Source of the DNA: Octopus bimaculoides
Taxonomy: Eukaryota
Direction of reading: 5' to 3'
Length of the DNA stretch: 64,000 bases
Assembly (NCBI RefSeq): GCF_001194135.2
Contig: NC_068993.1
Location: 10,693,861-10,757,860, forward strand
Shown: positions 36,201-51,136 of the stretch, piece by piece
Numbering within the stretch: position 1 is the stretch's first letter
Layout of the letters: the number at the start of each line of letters is the position of its first letter
Position numbers and translations under genes: made by a program
The notes under the pieces: model-generated
What the model was told of the DNA's origin: nothing
The model's database searches: none
What the model saw: the letters and a program-made list of their open reading frames with translations, nothing else

Positions 36201-36825
36201 TTATGTATAAATTTCCTAAGCATTTATAAGGGTTAGATACTATCTATCGGTAACCACAATTTCCAGTGTCCCGCTATTTTTGCAAGACTGTAGGATATAA
36301 TATGAGGGATATTTGTCAGCTATTTCTTGTAAGGTAAACTACCACATGACTTATTACCAAAGATATTCCACCCAAGAACTCCCATCTTATTAAGGGTACG
36401 TCAGACTTATTACACCCCAGTATGCAACTGGTACTTATTTTATCGACCCCGAAAGGATGAAAGGCAAAGTTGACCTCGGCGGAATTTGAACTCAGAACGT
36501 ACCAACGGGTGAAATACCGCTAAGCATTTTGTCCAGCCCGCTAACAATTCAGCCAGCTTACCGCCTTACCCTTGATAATAATAATAATAATAATAATAAT
36601 AATGGTCTCAAATTTTGGCACATGGCCAACAATCTCAGGGAAGTGGGTAAGTTGATTACATCAACTCCAGGGAAGTGGATAAGTTGATTACATCAACCCC
36701 AGCGTGTCACTGGTACTTAATTTATCGACCCCGAAAGGATGAAAAGTAAAGTCAACCACAGTGGAATTTGAACTCAGAACAAAGCATTTCGTCCAGCACG
36801 TTAATGATTCAGCCAGCTCACCACC

Positions 36826-36869
<44 letters not shown>

Positions 36870-37139
36870 GACCCTTTCTGAATAATATAGACTTTTAGGG
36901 CTAGTTTCCCAGTTTCTGTGGGGCATATATTCTCTGCCCACTGGACAGGATGCTGGTCTATCACACAATTACTCATTTTTGCCAGCTGAGTGGGCTGGAG
37001 CTACGTGAAATGAAGTGCCTTGCTCAAGAACCCAATGCCTCACCCAATCCAAGATTTGAAACCACAATCTTACGATCATGAGTCAAACGCCCTAACCACC
37101 AAGATTATGCACCTCAACACTATCATACGAGTATTATCT

Positions 37140-37588
37140 TTCATCTTTTACTTGTTTCAGTTGTTCGACTGTGGCCATGCTGGGGCATCACCTTGAAGAA
37201 CTTTTGGTTGAATAAATTGATCCCAGTACTTTTTTTTTTTTTTGAAAGCCAGGTACTTATCCAATCAGTCCCTTTTGTTGATCTGCTAAGTTACGGGGAC
37301 ATAAACACACAAACACCAGTTGTCAAGTGGTGATAGGGAACAAACACAGACACAAAGATGTATGTGTGTGTATATATATATATTTGTTTGTGTGTATATA
37401 TGTGTTTGTGTGTATATGTACATGCATACTCACACGAAGGGCTTCTTTCAGTTTCTATTTACCAAATTCACTCACAAGGCTTAGGGTGGGCTATAGTAGA
37501 AGACACTTACCCAAGGTGCCATGCAGTGGGATTGAACCCAAAACCATGTGGTTGAGAAGCATGCCTCTTACCATACAGCCATGCCTAG
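37140..37588 (-). mobile_element. SINE family A copy
   Basis: Reverse complement of family A, full length. Confidence 0.8.
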
Positions 37589-38288
37589 GTAATAATTGCA
37601 AATGATACTCCACTAACCAGCACCACCAACACCGCAGCCGCCATCATCATCATCATCATCAACATCAGGCAATAACTACAGAATGTTCTGCAAACCACCA
37701 CCACCACCCCTCAGCCCCACCATTATCATTTGAGTATTAGGTAATAATATTCAAATGATGATATAACCATTCAGTAATACTCGTATGAGGAAACCCCCAA
37801 CTCACCACCACCACCACCACCACCATTATTACCATCACCATAGGGGTATTAGGTGATAATTGCGAAAAAGAGATACACTATTTATAAAAATGGTTCCAGA
37901 AGGTACAGCTATCTCTAAGACATCTCTGGCTACCCTGGAAATATCATTGCCACCTGCCAACACCAGCTACTCTACCCATATTTGCTGATAGACAAACTGA
38001 CATACTTGTTATATAGCTTCCTGAAGTAACACTACCTATCTACCTACCTACCTACCTTGGTAACTACACCTCATTAACTATGCATACTCCATCATATAAA
38101 CCAAATATACATTTGCAAGCATATTCATTAACTATGCACAGCATCCAGCCAACATCTCAACAAATACAGCCCCACCAACCATGTTACATCATCTGTACGG
38201 TGAACCAACGAAAGAGCCATTAACTTATGTAGTAAACCTGTCTGTTAGAAATAGCAGCTAAATTTCCCCTCATATCATAATAACTGTC

Positions 38289-38513
38289 TTAACCCTTTAG
38301 CATTTAAACCGGCCATATCTGGCCAAAATATTCTATTTGTTTGATGCTCAAACTGGCCAGATACAATCTCTTGTGCCCACTTCACAAAGTCGTACTAAAA
38401 CTAAACAATAATATTATTAAAATCTTGAAGCTATGATATTACTTATTAATTCAAAATGATGTGAATAAATAAGGATTACATTTGACAGGGTAATCTGAAT
38501 GCTAAAGGGTTAA
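38289..38513. mobile_element. piggyBac-type MITE, complete (217 bp)
   Basis: TTAA duplication at 38289-38292 and 38510-38513, flanking perfect 12-bp TIRs CCCTTTAGCATT/AATGCTAAAGGG. Confidence 0.85.
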
Positions 38514-38907
38514 TGCAGAAAGAACTCCTGGAATAATGCAGGTTTTGTGATAGTGAATAAATTAAATGGTAGGGATATAAAGGCCTCTTTTAGTCATGAA
38601 TGACCAATGGATGGCACCTAGAAAGTTCCCCTTCAAGACACAAGTTCAGGTAAAGTTGTTTTGTGATGGAAGACCAGCAGTCACCCATGCATACCAGTGT
38701 CCCCTCACCATGCGGCCGATGTTGTTCAAGGCAAAGAGAAGGGGCCGATACAGCTTAGCACCTGTGATGCCGCAACTCATTTCTACAGCTGAGTGAACTG
38801 GAGCAATGTGGAATAAAGTGTCTTGCTCAAGAACACAACACACAGTGCAGTCCAGGAATTGAACTCACATCATGATTGTAACCCAACACTAACCACCGAG
38901 CCATATA

Positions 38908-39268
38908 CTCTTTTACTCGTTTCAGTCTTTTGACTGTGGCCATGCTGGAGCACCGCCTTTAGTCGAGCAAATCGACCCCAGGACTTATTATTCAGAAGCC
39001 TGGTACTTATTCTATCGGTCTCTTTTGCCGAACCACTAAGTTATGGGGACATAAACACACCAGCATCGGTTGTCAAGCGATGTTGGGGGGACAAACACAG
39101 ACACACAAACATATATACGACAGGCTTCTTTCAGTTTCCATCTACCAAATCCACTCACAAGGCTTTGGTCGGCCCGAGGTTATAGTAGAAGACACTTGCC
39201 CAAGATGCCACGCAGTGGGACTGAACCCGGGACCATGTGGTTGGTAAGCAAACTACTTACCACTCCTA

Positions 39269-39270
<2 letters not shown>
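38908..39270 (-). mobile_element. SINE family A copy, well preserved
   Basis: Reverse complement, close to 8826-9248 and retaining many CpGs. Confidence 0.85.
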
Positions 39271-39307
<37 letters not shown>

Positions 39308-39599
39308 GCACACAAAACACCTAGAATATCTATAATTCGTATGTCTGCTCCATCAGAGTTAACCTGGTGTTAAACAACAATAACAACAAGAATTATTGTT
39401 AAGCTTATAATCTCATAATCTACTTGAAATGTAACATCAGTGTTGGATGATATGGTAGATTTGAAAGAAATTCGAAATGGTAAGGAATATAGATATGACA
39501 TAGAAAGGGATAAAGAATTAAGTTTCTAATTCAACACTAAAGAAGATAACTCTGTATGCATCTGTGTGTTTATATATATATATATGTATATATATGTAT

Positions 39600-39992
39600 C
39601 TTTTATTCCTTTGCTTGTTTCAGTCATTTGATTGCGGCCATGATTGAGCACCACCTTTAGTCGAGAAAATCAACCCCAAAACTTATTCTTTGTAAGCCTA
39701 GTACTAATTCTATTGGTCTCTTTGCTGAACCGCTAAGTTACGGGGACATATTCAAGTGATGGTGGGGGGACAAACACACACACACAAATAAATAAATAAA
39801 TATATATATATATATACATATATACACACACAATGGGCTTCTTTCAGTTTATGTCTACTAAATCCACTCACAATGCTTTGGTTGGCCCGAGGCTAATAGT
39901 AGAAGACACTTACCCAAGGTGCCATGCAGTGGGACTGAACCTAGAGCCATGTGGTTGGGAAGCAAGCTTCTTATCATACAGCCACTCCTGCA
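39600..39992 (-). mobile_element. SINE family A copy
   Basis: Reverse complement of family A. Confidence 0.8.
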
Positions 39993-40002
39993 CCTCTATA
40001 TA

Positions 40003-40150
<148 letters not shown>

Positions 40151-41096
40151 CATGTAGAAAATTGATTTTGGAGTACACATGAAGCTATAAACATAAGCAA
40201 GTGAATATTGATTTTTAAACCCAATATTTACATATTATTTGAAGGCGCATGGCTCACTGGTTAGTGTCAGGCTTATAATCGTGAGGATGTGAGTTCAATT
40301 CCTGAACCAGGAATCATTTAGAGCTCCATGTAGATTTTCATAATTCAGTTTGATTACTGTATAGTTGTTAATTATCACTAGTTACAATTTATAGAGCAAG
40401 CGTAGGAAATACAAGGTTCTGGGTTCAGTCCAACCGCATGGCACATTGGGTAAGCGTCTTCTACTATAGCCTTGGGCTGCTTCAAATGCAAGTAGATGCT
40501 CAACCACAATGTATCCTCTGGGAACACTTTATTGTATCAAATAATACAATTATCTCTAACTTGATATAATAAAATGTTCCTTGAGGATTAAGAAGAGGAG
40601 AAAGATGTAAATGAATTAGCTGAGTGTACAGGTTAACGGATCCAGCTGAAAGACGAGGTAGTCATGTACTCACCTTTTCAGCAAAACAGATCCTCCTGTG
40701 CCTCTATCATACTTCCATATCCCTCAATACTACACCCCACTCAGTTGAGGACAGGGTCTTGTATCTTGAGTGCCAGGTAACCTCACTAGTGCTGGTGCCC
40801 TGAAAAGTTCACCCAGTACACTCTCTCTAAAGTTGTTGGCATTTGGAACAGCATCCAGCTGCAGAAACCATGCCAAAGCAGACTTTGGAGGTCAGGGCAG
40901 TCCTCTGACTCATCGGTTCATGTCAAACCATTGAACGCATGCTAGGAGGGTGAAAGGGATGTTAAATGATGAGGATTCAATGAATTCTGTCTGAGACATG
41001 GAAGAATGGAAAAGTAATTGCTAAAACAATGATGAGATGTAATACTTGTATATTACATAAAATTGAAGATCTTATGCACATATATACATAAATGCA

Positions 41097-41127
<31 letters not shown>

Positions 41128-41149
41128 GTGCATGCACCTATATATTCAT

Positions 41150-42800
41150 AGATATGAATATACACACACACAAATGTATATAGACACACACGCACACACA
41201 CAAATATATATTGACACGCACACACACACACAAATGTATATAGACACACGCGCACACACACACAAATGTATATAGACACATGCGCACACACACACAAATG
41301 TATATAGACACATGCGCACACACANNNNNNNNNNNNNNNNNNNNNNNNNNNNNNNNNNNNNNNNNNNNNNNNNNNNNNNNNNNNNNNNNNNNNNNNNNNN
41401 NNNNNNNNNNNNNNNNNNNNNNNNNNNNNNNNNNNNNNNNNNNNNNNNNNNNNNNNNNNNNNNNNNNNNNNNNNNNNNNNNNNNNNNNNNNNNNNNNNNN
41501 NNNNNNNNNNNNNNNNNNNNNNNNNNNNNNNNNNNNNNNNNNNNNNNNNNNNNNNNNNNNNNNNNNNNNNNNNNNNNNNNNNNNNNNNNNNNNNNNNNNN
41601 NNNNNNNNNNNNNNNNNNNNNNNNNNNNNNNNNNNNNNNNNNNNNNNNNNNNNNNNNNNNNNNNNNNNNNNNNNNNNNNNNNNNNNNNNNNNNNNNNNNN
41701 NNNNNNNNNNNNNNNNNNNNNNNNNNNNNNNNNNNNNNNNNNNNNNNNNNNNNNNNNNNNNNNNNNNNNNNNNNNNNNNNNNNNNNNNNNNNNNNNNNNN
41801 NNNNNNNNNNNNNNNNNNNNNNNNNNNNNNNNNNNNNNNNNNNNNNNNNNNNNNNNNNNNNNNNNNNNNNNNNNNNNNNNNNNNNNNNNNNNNNNNNNNN
41901 NNNNNNNNNNNNNNNNNNNNNNNNNNNNNNNNNNNNNNNNNNNNNNNNNNNNNNNNNNNNNNNNNNNNNNNNNNNNNNNNNNNNNNNNNNNNNNNNNNNN
42001 NNNNNNNNNNNNNNNNNNNNNNNNNNNNNNNNNNNNNNNNNNNNNNNNNNNNNNNNNNNNNNNNNNNNNNNNNNNNNNNNNNNNNNNNNNNNNNNNNNNN
42101 NNNNNNNNNNNNNNNNNNNNNNNNNNNNNNNNNNNNNNNNNNNNNNNNNNNNNNNNNNNNNNNNNNNNNNNNNNNNNNNNNNNNNNNNNNNNNNNNNNNN
42201 NNNNNNNNNNNNNNNNNNNNNNNNNNNNNNNNNNNNNNNNNNNNNNNNNNNNAAATGTATATAGACACGCGCACACACACACAAATGTATATAGACACGC
42301 GCACACACACACAAATGTATATAGACACGCGCACACACACACAAATGTATATAGACACGCGCACACACAAACATGTATATAGACACACAAGCACACACAC
42401 ACACAAATGTATATAGACACAAGCACACAAACGTATATAGACATGCACACACAAATGTATATAGACATGCACACAAATGTATATAGACACATGCACACAT
42501 AAATGTATAGACACATGCACACAAATGTATATAGACACATGCACACAAATGTATATAGACATGCACACACAAATGTATATAGACACATGCAGACAAATGT
42601 ATATAGACACACGCAGACAAATGTAGACACACACACACACACACAAATGTAGACACACGCACACACAAATGTAGACACACGCACACACAAATGTATATAG
42701 ACATACACGCACACAAATGTATATAGACACACGCACACAAATGTATATAGACATACACGCACACAAATGTATATAGACACATGCACGCGCGCATACACAC
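41150..42800. repeat. ~20-24-bp minisatellite (aaatgtatatagacacacgcacacacac)n spanning a 927-nt gap
   Basis: The same unit occurs on both sides of the N-run 41326-42252. Confidence 0.9.
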
Positions 42801-44024
42801 ACACACACACACATAAATGTATATGTAGATACATAGATATACACACAAGCATATGTAGATAGACGCAGGAACACATATATAGATACATAGACACAGGAAC
42901 ACACATGTAGATACACACAGAGAAACACTCTCATATGTAGATTCATACACACGCTCATATATATACACTCTCACACACATGCATACATATATAAATGGAT
43001 GTAATCATGATATTAAAGTGATACTCTTGTATATCTAATTCCAATCTCCCACTTTCGTTTCAATTTAATTCCTCTGAATGTGAAAAAGGGATATAACCTT
43101 AAAATCTGCTGTCAACAGAATCAGGATACAATTTTCTCTATTAATCTGCATAGTTTGATTCATATCAAAAGCTAGTTCATTTTGGCTTGACATAAAACTT
43201 GTGTTCATTCTGGAATAATGGCTAATATCCATTACATTAATATCTTTGCCATTACTACGTAATATACTTACATACATATATATATTTTTGTTTACGCAAA
43301 ATGATATATAATATATACATTTCTGTGGCTTACATTAAATAAATGAAAAATATTTACCACATGTATGAAATAAATATGAATGGCTGTGTGGTTAAGAAGC
43401 TTGCTTTCCAACTATGTGGCCTTGGGTTCAATCCCACAGTGTGGCGCCTTGGCCAAGTGTCTTTTACTACAACCACAGACTCTGCCTTTTATCTTTTTGG
43501 GGTTGATAAAAATACCTGTTGATCATTGGGGTTGGTGTAATTGACTTACCTCTTCTCCCTAAAATTGCTGGCTGTGTGCCAAAATTTGAAACTGATAGAA
43601 TTAGCAGTATGTCTCCAAGACTCACCCTTGAGATTTTGATGGAGAATATTCATTTATATCTGCTTTAAAATAGCAAATTATAATCACAGTGCCAAAATCC
43701 AGGTTTGGCCAGGTTTCTATCAAAAGGGTTAAAAACAAAACAAGATGCTAACTGGAGCACCAAAATTCAGCTTTACCTTGGGTACTAGGGGTGGTGGTGA
43801 TGATGGTGTTGGGGGTTAGCTGCTTTAGCACTTTCACTGTCTGTATCATCATGAATGATTTTGGTGGATGGAAACTGAAAGAAGCACATGTATGTATGGA
43901 TGTGCATATGCGTTTTGTGATTGTCATTGACTGGACCTTGTATAACAATTGTAAGCAAGTGTCAATGCCATGCAAGCGGCAACCATTTCCAGTCTTTTTG
44001 CGAAAACGGGTCTGTTTCTTTTAT

Positions 44025-44436
44025 ATTCTTTTACTTGTCTCAGTCATTTGATTGTGGCCATGCTGGAGCACTGCCTTCAAAAATTTTTAGTTGAACAAGC
44101 CATTTTCCAGTGCTTATTTCTATTTTTAAGCCTGGTACTTTTGGCATCCATCTCTTTTGCTGAACGACTAAGTTACGAGGATGTAAACAAACCAACACTG
44201 GTTGTCAAGCAATAGTGGAGATCAAACACAGCCACAACAACAACAACAACAACACACACACACACACACACACACATGCACGATAGGCTTTTTTCTGTTT
44301 TCATCTACCAAATCCATTCACAAGGATTTGATCAGCCCGAGGCTATAATAAAGGGCACTTGCTCAAGGTGTCACACAATGGGACTGAACATAAAGCCCCT
44401 GTGGTTGGGAAGCAAACTTCTTACCGGACAGCTATG
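44025..44436 (-). mobile_element. SINE family A copy, older
   Basis: Diverged reverse complement of family A. Confidence 0.75.
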
Positions 44437-46554
44437 CCTTCAATTATGTCTGGACATGGATGAATATTACCTTGTATGGTAAACAGGTGAGGATATTTAG
44501 CCAGAGAAAATCTACCTCAGGATATTCCACGTGAGAATGGAAAACTGGATGTTAACATGATGATGGGTATAGACGTACACATATAGAGAAAGAGAGTGGG
44601 GGAGCAAGGGAGAGGTTTCCAGTTTAGCCAACGCTGCTATCAAATGCAGATGATGAAAACAAAAACAACAAGAAAATGCCAAACAACACAAACAAAACAT
44701 CCACTATGTTTATATATAAAATGTAATATTTTTAGCTGTAGACCAATTCTTGGTTAAGAGGAAACACTAGTCTGCTAGCAGAGTTTGGATTTTGATTTGA
44801 GATTAGAAAACAAGGAAGTAGAAGTTTGAAGAATCTGTTGACTGATACACACACATACACACACACATATACATACATTATCAACATCATCATTACCACA
44901 AGCGTCAGCCATGTTATCCCTGTTGCCATTATGATAATCACCAGGATGGTGGTGATTCACATCATCACCACCTCCACCGTCAATCATCATCTATCACCGC
45001 AACTAACATCATGACTAATAGATTCCCCATAAATACCATCCCCACCGCCAATGCCACCAACATTGCTACCATAATCAAATCATTACCATCACCACTGAAG
45101 TCATCATCATCATCACAACAACATACACACTATCAGCACCTCTACCACCACCACCACCACCACCACCACCACCCCTAGTGCCCAAAGTAATGCTGGGTTT
45201 TGGCGCTCTGACTAGCATCTTTTGCTCTTAACCCTTTTGATTCCAACTAGCCCAAAACTGTCCTTGGCTCAATGATTATNNNNNNNNNNNNNNNNNNNNN
45301 NNNNNNNNNNNNNNNNNNNNNNNNNNNNNNNNNNNNNNNNNNNNNNNNNNNNNNNNNNNNNNNNNNNNNNNNNNNNNNNNNNNNNNNNNNNNNNNNNNNN
45401 NNNNNNNNNNNNNNNNNNNNNNNNNNNNNNNNNNNNNNNNNNNNNNNNNNNNNNNNNNNNNNNNNNNNNNNNNNNNNNNNNNNNNNNNNNNNNNNNNNNN
45501 NNNNNNNNNNNNNNNNNNNNNNNNNNNNNNNNNNNNNNNNNNNNNNNNNNNNNNNNNNNNNNNNNNNNNNNNNNNNNNNNNNNNNNNNNNNNNNNNNNNN
45601 NNNNNNNNNNNNNNNNNNNNNNNNNNNNNNNNNNNNNNNNNNNNNNNNNNNNNNNNNNNNNNNNNNNNNNNNNNNNNNNGATATATGACAGGCTTCTCTC
45701 AGTTTCCATCTACCAAATCCACTCACAAGGCTTTGGTTGGCCCAAAGCTATAGTAAGAGACACTTGCCCAAGGTCCCATGTGGTTGGTAAACAAGCTACT
45801 TACCACACAGCCACTCCTGCGCCTATATACATTACAAAAAATTGTCTTCATGGTTTGGTTTTTGTTTTTACCTAGAAACTGGGCCGTAATTTGCTTTTCC
45901 TATGTTAATGAGTTTTCATCATCTAATTGTTAATGAAATTTTGTGTATTTTCTAAATTGTAGGATTTATAAGCAGGCTGTTCCATTGATCGGATCAACTG
46001 GAATTCTCATTGTCATAACCGATGGAGTGACAGTTTTACAGAGAGAGAGAGAGAGAAAGAGGGGGAAGATGGCAATAACATCTAACAAAAAAAAAATGCA
46101 AAAGAGAAACAGAAAAAAAAAGTTATAAGTAAATCAGAATAGCTCAAAATAAAGAATGTACCTCACATTTGGTTAAGTTCAATTTTTATCAACTTTTAGA
46201 GAAAAACTAATTCAAGAGAATATATAAATAGTAACAGTTGACCTCAGATTCTCTTGGCAGAACACAAAGGCTGTATTATTCTAATGAGGAAAAACAAGAA
46301 CTTATATCAAAACAATCATCATCTTTGGAAACAGAATGGTATTTATGTAAAAATAATAAGAAAAAACAAAACAACAAACATGAATGGTGGTTAATAGCCA
46401 TAGACATGGCCGTGTTGTTGTTAAGTAGTTTCACATCTGTATGGTTCCAAGTTCAGTCCTACAGTGCAGTGCCTTTGGCAAATGCATTCTGTTATGAGAT
46501 TGGGTTGAACAAATTCTTGTGAGTGAATTTGGTTGATAGAAACTGACAGAAACT

Positions 46555-46795
46555 AAGGCAGCGAGCTGGCAGACACGTTAGCATGCCGGGCAAAATGCTT
46601 AACCATATTTTGTCTGGCATTACGTTCTGAGTTCAAATTCCGCCGAGGTCGACTTTGCCTTTCATCCTTTCGGAGGTCGATAAATTAAGTACCAGTTACG
46701 CACTGGGGTCGATGTAATCGACTTAACCCCTTTGTCTGTCCTTGTTTGTCCCCTCTAAGTTTAGCCCCTTGAGGGCAATAAATAAATAAGAAACA
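46555..46795 (+). mobile_element. SINE family B reference copy (aaggcagcgagctggcag...gttctgagttcaaattccgccgaggtcgactttgcc)
   Basis: B-box-like GAGTTCAAATTCC. Further copies at 629-846(-), 7365-7580(-), 19883-20300(+, two), 27030-27190(+), 36410-36830(-, two) and 59995-60676(-, three). Confidence 0.8.
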
Positions 46796-46811
46796 GTGTA
46801 AACAAGTCTGT

Positions 46812-46843
<32 letters not shown>

Positions 46844-48538
46844 ATGTCAGCATGGAAAAAGGAACATTAAAAACAATGATGATGATGATGATGTGTGCTT
46901 GCATTTGTCCCTCACTACCACTTAACCTTTGTTGGTTTGTTTACATACCTCTAACTTAGTGGATTGCAATATATGTATGTATATGTATGTGTGAGGGAAT
47001 GTATGTGCATGTGGGTGAATGTATGTGTGCATCATGGAGTCAAGGATGCATATGAGGTGGGGTATATTATACACACACACACACATATACATATGAATGT
47101 GCACATACAGAGAGAATACAAAACTTAAAGATAAATACTGAGGTTGATTTGTTCAACTGACTCTACAAGGCAATGCTCCAGCATGGTCGTTGTCAAATGA
47201 CTGAAACAGGTAAAAATAATAGAATAGGTGGAATTGGTAAATCCTGGGACAAAATGGTTTATGGTATTTGGTTACAATCCTTTATGTTCTCCTTTATATT
47301 GTGTGTTCAAATCCCAGTTAGGTTAAGTTCTGTAACTTTCATGATTTTCAGGTCCATAAAAATAAAGGACCAATTCATGTAACAAGTAAAGGGTAATATG
47401 ATTAACTAAACCCTACAAAGGTGACTGTGCAAACATGACCACAGCACTTACTGAAACTAGTAAGAGATCGAAAAAAAAGATTAATTTAGAAATATATAAT
47501 TGAAATACAAAAATTCATTTTGGAAGTTACTCCTGAAGGAACTGAAACCAAGATAAAATACTTTTGTGAAGATGAACCCAAAACGAGGGTCAAAATCATG
47601 ATGATGTTTGTTAGGCAGCTGATGAAGGAAATTCCCCTGTTTTGTCTGTTTGGTGTTAATGTCTGATAATTTGTTTTTGTGTTGCTTTGTTTTGGTATGC
47701 TTTACTAGGATTAAACAAGCTTTGGTCACTTCTGATTCCTGGTGGAGTTAGTTATAGGGTTAGATATAATTTTATTCATACAGACTGCAAATAATTATTG
47801 TTTGGTAAGGTTAATATTGCCATTATAAGGAAAATACAAAGCACACACACACACATGTATATATGTGCATATGTATATAATACACCTCTTGTGTATCCTT
47901 GACTCCATAATGCTTGTATACATACACCCACAAGCACATACATTCCCTCACACACACATATACATACATATATTGTAATCAGCACCACTGATATTAGCTA
48001 AAAACATTGAACATAGCATCTCTCACAGAAATTTTACAGCAGATGAAAGCAGGTCTACAGACCACCACCACCACCACCACCACCATTAAAACCTCTGAAG
48101 CAAAGACATTGCAACCATTATCTTTATCACTTTGGATGGTATTACTAAGTTTTGTTGGATGATAAACTCCTGACAGAAGATAATGGTGAAAAATTCTAGG
48201 AAAATAATACGGAAATATAACAGTGTTCAAACAGGATAAGAAGTGTGTTGCTAATCTCTAATATTGGTTAAGAACACAGTTGAGGAAACAGTCAGTGATG
48301 GTGGTGGTGAGGGTGGTAGTGGTGGTGGTGAGGATGTGGTGGGGTGGAGGGAGTTAGAGAAAGGGGGTAAAAATAGGGAGAAAATTGTACTGATACCATT
48401 ATAATGTTTTTTAGGAAAGTGCAATTATTGACATGATTGTTGTTGTTGTTTAACCCCAGGTCAATAATGATCGAGTTGGTGGTCATGATGAAAGAAGGCA
48501 TTCCAGCTATGATGATCCTGTATTTTGTGTATGAGAGA

Positions 48539-48570
<32 letters not shown>

Positions 48571-49493
48571 AAGAGACATATAGAAACACAGAGAGAGAGA
48601 CAGACAGATAGAAACAGAGAGACAGAGAGAGAGAGAGACAGACAGAAACCAAGAGAGTGACAGACAGACAGAAACAGTGTGTGTGTGTGTATATATGTGG
48701 TGAGGTATTTATGTGATGAGGTATTTATTAACTTGTTTCAGTCACTGGACTGTGGTCATGCCAGGGGTCACTTTTATGAAACAAATCAACCCCAATACTT
48801 TTTGCTTAAAGTCTATTTTTTTTTTTATTGGCCTCTTTTCTGAAACTGCCAAGTTACGGGGATGTTAACAAACCAACACCAGCTGTCAAGTGTTGGTGGG
48901 ACAAACTCAGTGACCCCGAGACCTACACCAGAGGAGTGCAAGTTCCTGGTAGACCCCCTCCTCCTCCCTACCATTACTGGACAGCTCAAAGGATTGAGGC
49001 CAGACTTATATGGACTTCCTCTACCAACAGATAAAAATGGGGTTTGTGTAAGGCTAAAAACTGCTATAAAAAAGAGAAGTGACTGAAGCTTTGATGACAA
49101 TGCAAAATCAACAAGACCCGGGAGAAGAGCAGAAAAGACAGTTCAGGGTTGAGAACAGGGGGAAAAAAAGCCATTGATGGCCTATGCTGTGTAGGAAATG
49201 AAGGGCTTTAGGAACTCTATCTAGTGATTTAAGACTTAGAGCATCAACTTTCAAATACTATAATACATATATAACACACACACACACACATATATAACAT
49301 AGAGTTGAATCATCATCATCATTTAGCATCTATTTTCCATGCTGGCATGGGTTGGACAGCTTGACAGGAATGGGCGAAGCTAGGGGCCACACCAGGTTCC
49401 CTAGTTTGTTTTAGCTTGCTTTCTGCAGCTGGATGCCCTTCCCAACACCAACCACTTTACAGAGTGTACTGGGTACATTTTATGTGACACCTG

Positions 49494-49676
49494 CACCAGT
49501 GCTTTTCATGTGGCACCATCACCAGTGCTTTTCACGTGGCACCATCACCAGTGCTTTTCACGTGGCACCATCACCAGTGCTTTTCACGTGGCACCATGAC
49601 CAGTGCTTTTCACGTGGCACCATGACCAGTGCTTTTCACGTGGCACCATCACCAGTGCTTTTCATGTGGAACCATC
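49494..49676. repeat. 26-bp minisatellite, 7 copies (caccagtgcttttcacgtggcaccat)
   Basis: Direct tandem copies, expanded from the 5' part of a family C element. Confidence 0.95.
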
Positions 49677-50217
49677 ACTCAACAATGCTTTTAATGTGGT
49701 ACCTTAGTTAACATACAGCTAGATATGGCAGGCTTTTGTGAACAGATGTTTAGTCTGTGTTGCATACCACGAAGTGGTTCAAAAATTTATCCCTTCCTGG
49801 ATAGGATGCCAGTTAATCGCATAACTTTCCAAAATTGATCTTTTATGCATACATGACAGCTACATGGATAAGCTAACACCATATAAAATAACATTGCACT
49901 CAGAAACACAATGAAATGGCTGTTGTAGATTCCAACCCATGATGAGAGAGAGAGAGAAAGAAAGAAAACGAAAGCAGAAGCAATTAATCCACTACGTTAT
50001 CCACCCAGCCACAAAAAGTTGTTAATCTAATGCAAAAAATTCCACAAGAATTGTTCTCAGGTGTCTTGGGATTCAGAATATGGATATGCTAATGTAGACA
50101 AAGAAAACCTAATACCAAGATGAAAATAGGACCTGTTCTAACAAGAGGTAGCAAGGTATATCTTCAGAAATAGATACATGCAACAACTCCTACAAGTTTT
50201 TCGGTAACTTGTGAATA

Positions 50218-50248
<31 letters not shown>

Positions 50249-51136
50249 GTCTGTCTGTCTGTCTACCAATGCGTTTAACCATCTGTTTGTCTATCTATCT
50301 TAGAACATATTTTTGTGTTAAACTTACCTACCAACCTCAGCTACCGACTAAAACACCCACCTGCTTACCTACTAGTTAGCTAACTACTTACCTACCCAAA
50401 CACCTGCCCACTTACGTGTGTGTGTATGTACGCGTGTATATGTGTGTATATATATATGTATATATATGTATATATATCCACAGTGGGTGCAGTTAAGCAA
50501 ACATGTGTGTGTATATATATGCATAATATATGCTACCTTACCTTGTCACACACACACAGCTTACTTGTTTCAGTCATTTTATTGTGGCCATGCTGGAGCA
50601 CCACCTTGAAAAGTTTAGTAGGTCAAATTGACCCCAAGACATATTTTCAATTCTGATGCTTATTCTAGCATTCATGTTAACCAAACTACGAATTTATGAG
50701 GACATAAACAAACCAACACAGTAGAGAGAGACAAGACCACACACACACACAATATTGTTTTCCAATATTGTTTAAACCTTTCAAGGTGATGCCCCAGCAT
50801 GGTCGCAATCCAACGAATGACACATAAAAAAATACATGTGTGTGTGTGGTGTGTGTGGTGTGTGTGTGTGGTGTGTGTGTGTGGTGTGTGTGCACCTGCA
50901 CACATGCAAGGCTCTTCAGTGAAGTTTACTTTGTAACCCTATGGTTTCAAGCTTGATCCCACTGCATGACACCATGGGTAATTTTTCTGCTATTAAAGCT
51001 CCAGTCTGTCCAATTCCTTCTAGATAGTTTTTTGCTGGTGGAAACTGCTGAGAATCTGCCATGTTGTTAAATAAACATATCATTGTTGTGTGATGCATGG
51101 TCATCCAAAACAGGATTTCAGCTTAAATAAGCCATA

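Noticed and set aside
40674-40760. Minus-strand AAG|GTGAGT donor as an upstream exon end
   Set aside because: No clear acceptor or promoter signal, and it adjoins a family C retroposon; unsupported without RNA data.
47617-47650. CTGATGA-agg...cct as a hammerhead core
   Set aside because: No GAAA or stem III follows.
49494-49676. Regular 26-bp repeats as a CRISPR array
   Set aside because: Repeats are directly tandem with no unique spacers, no cas genes, and a eukaryotic context.
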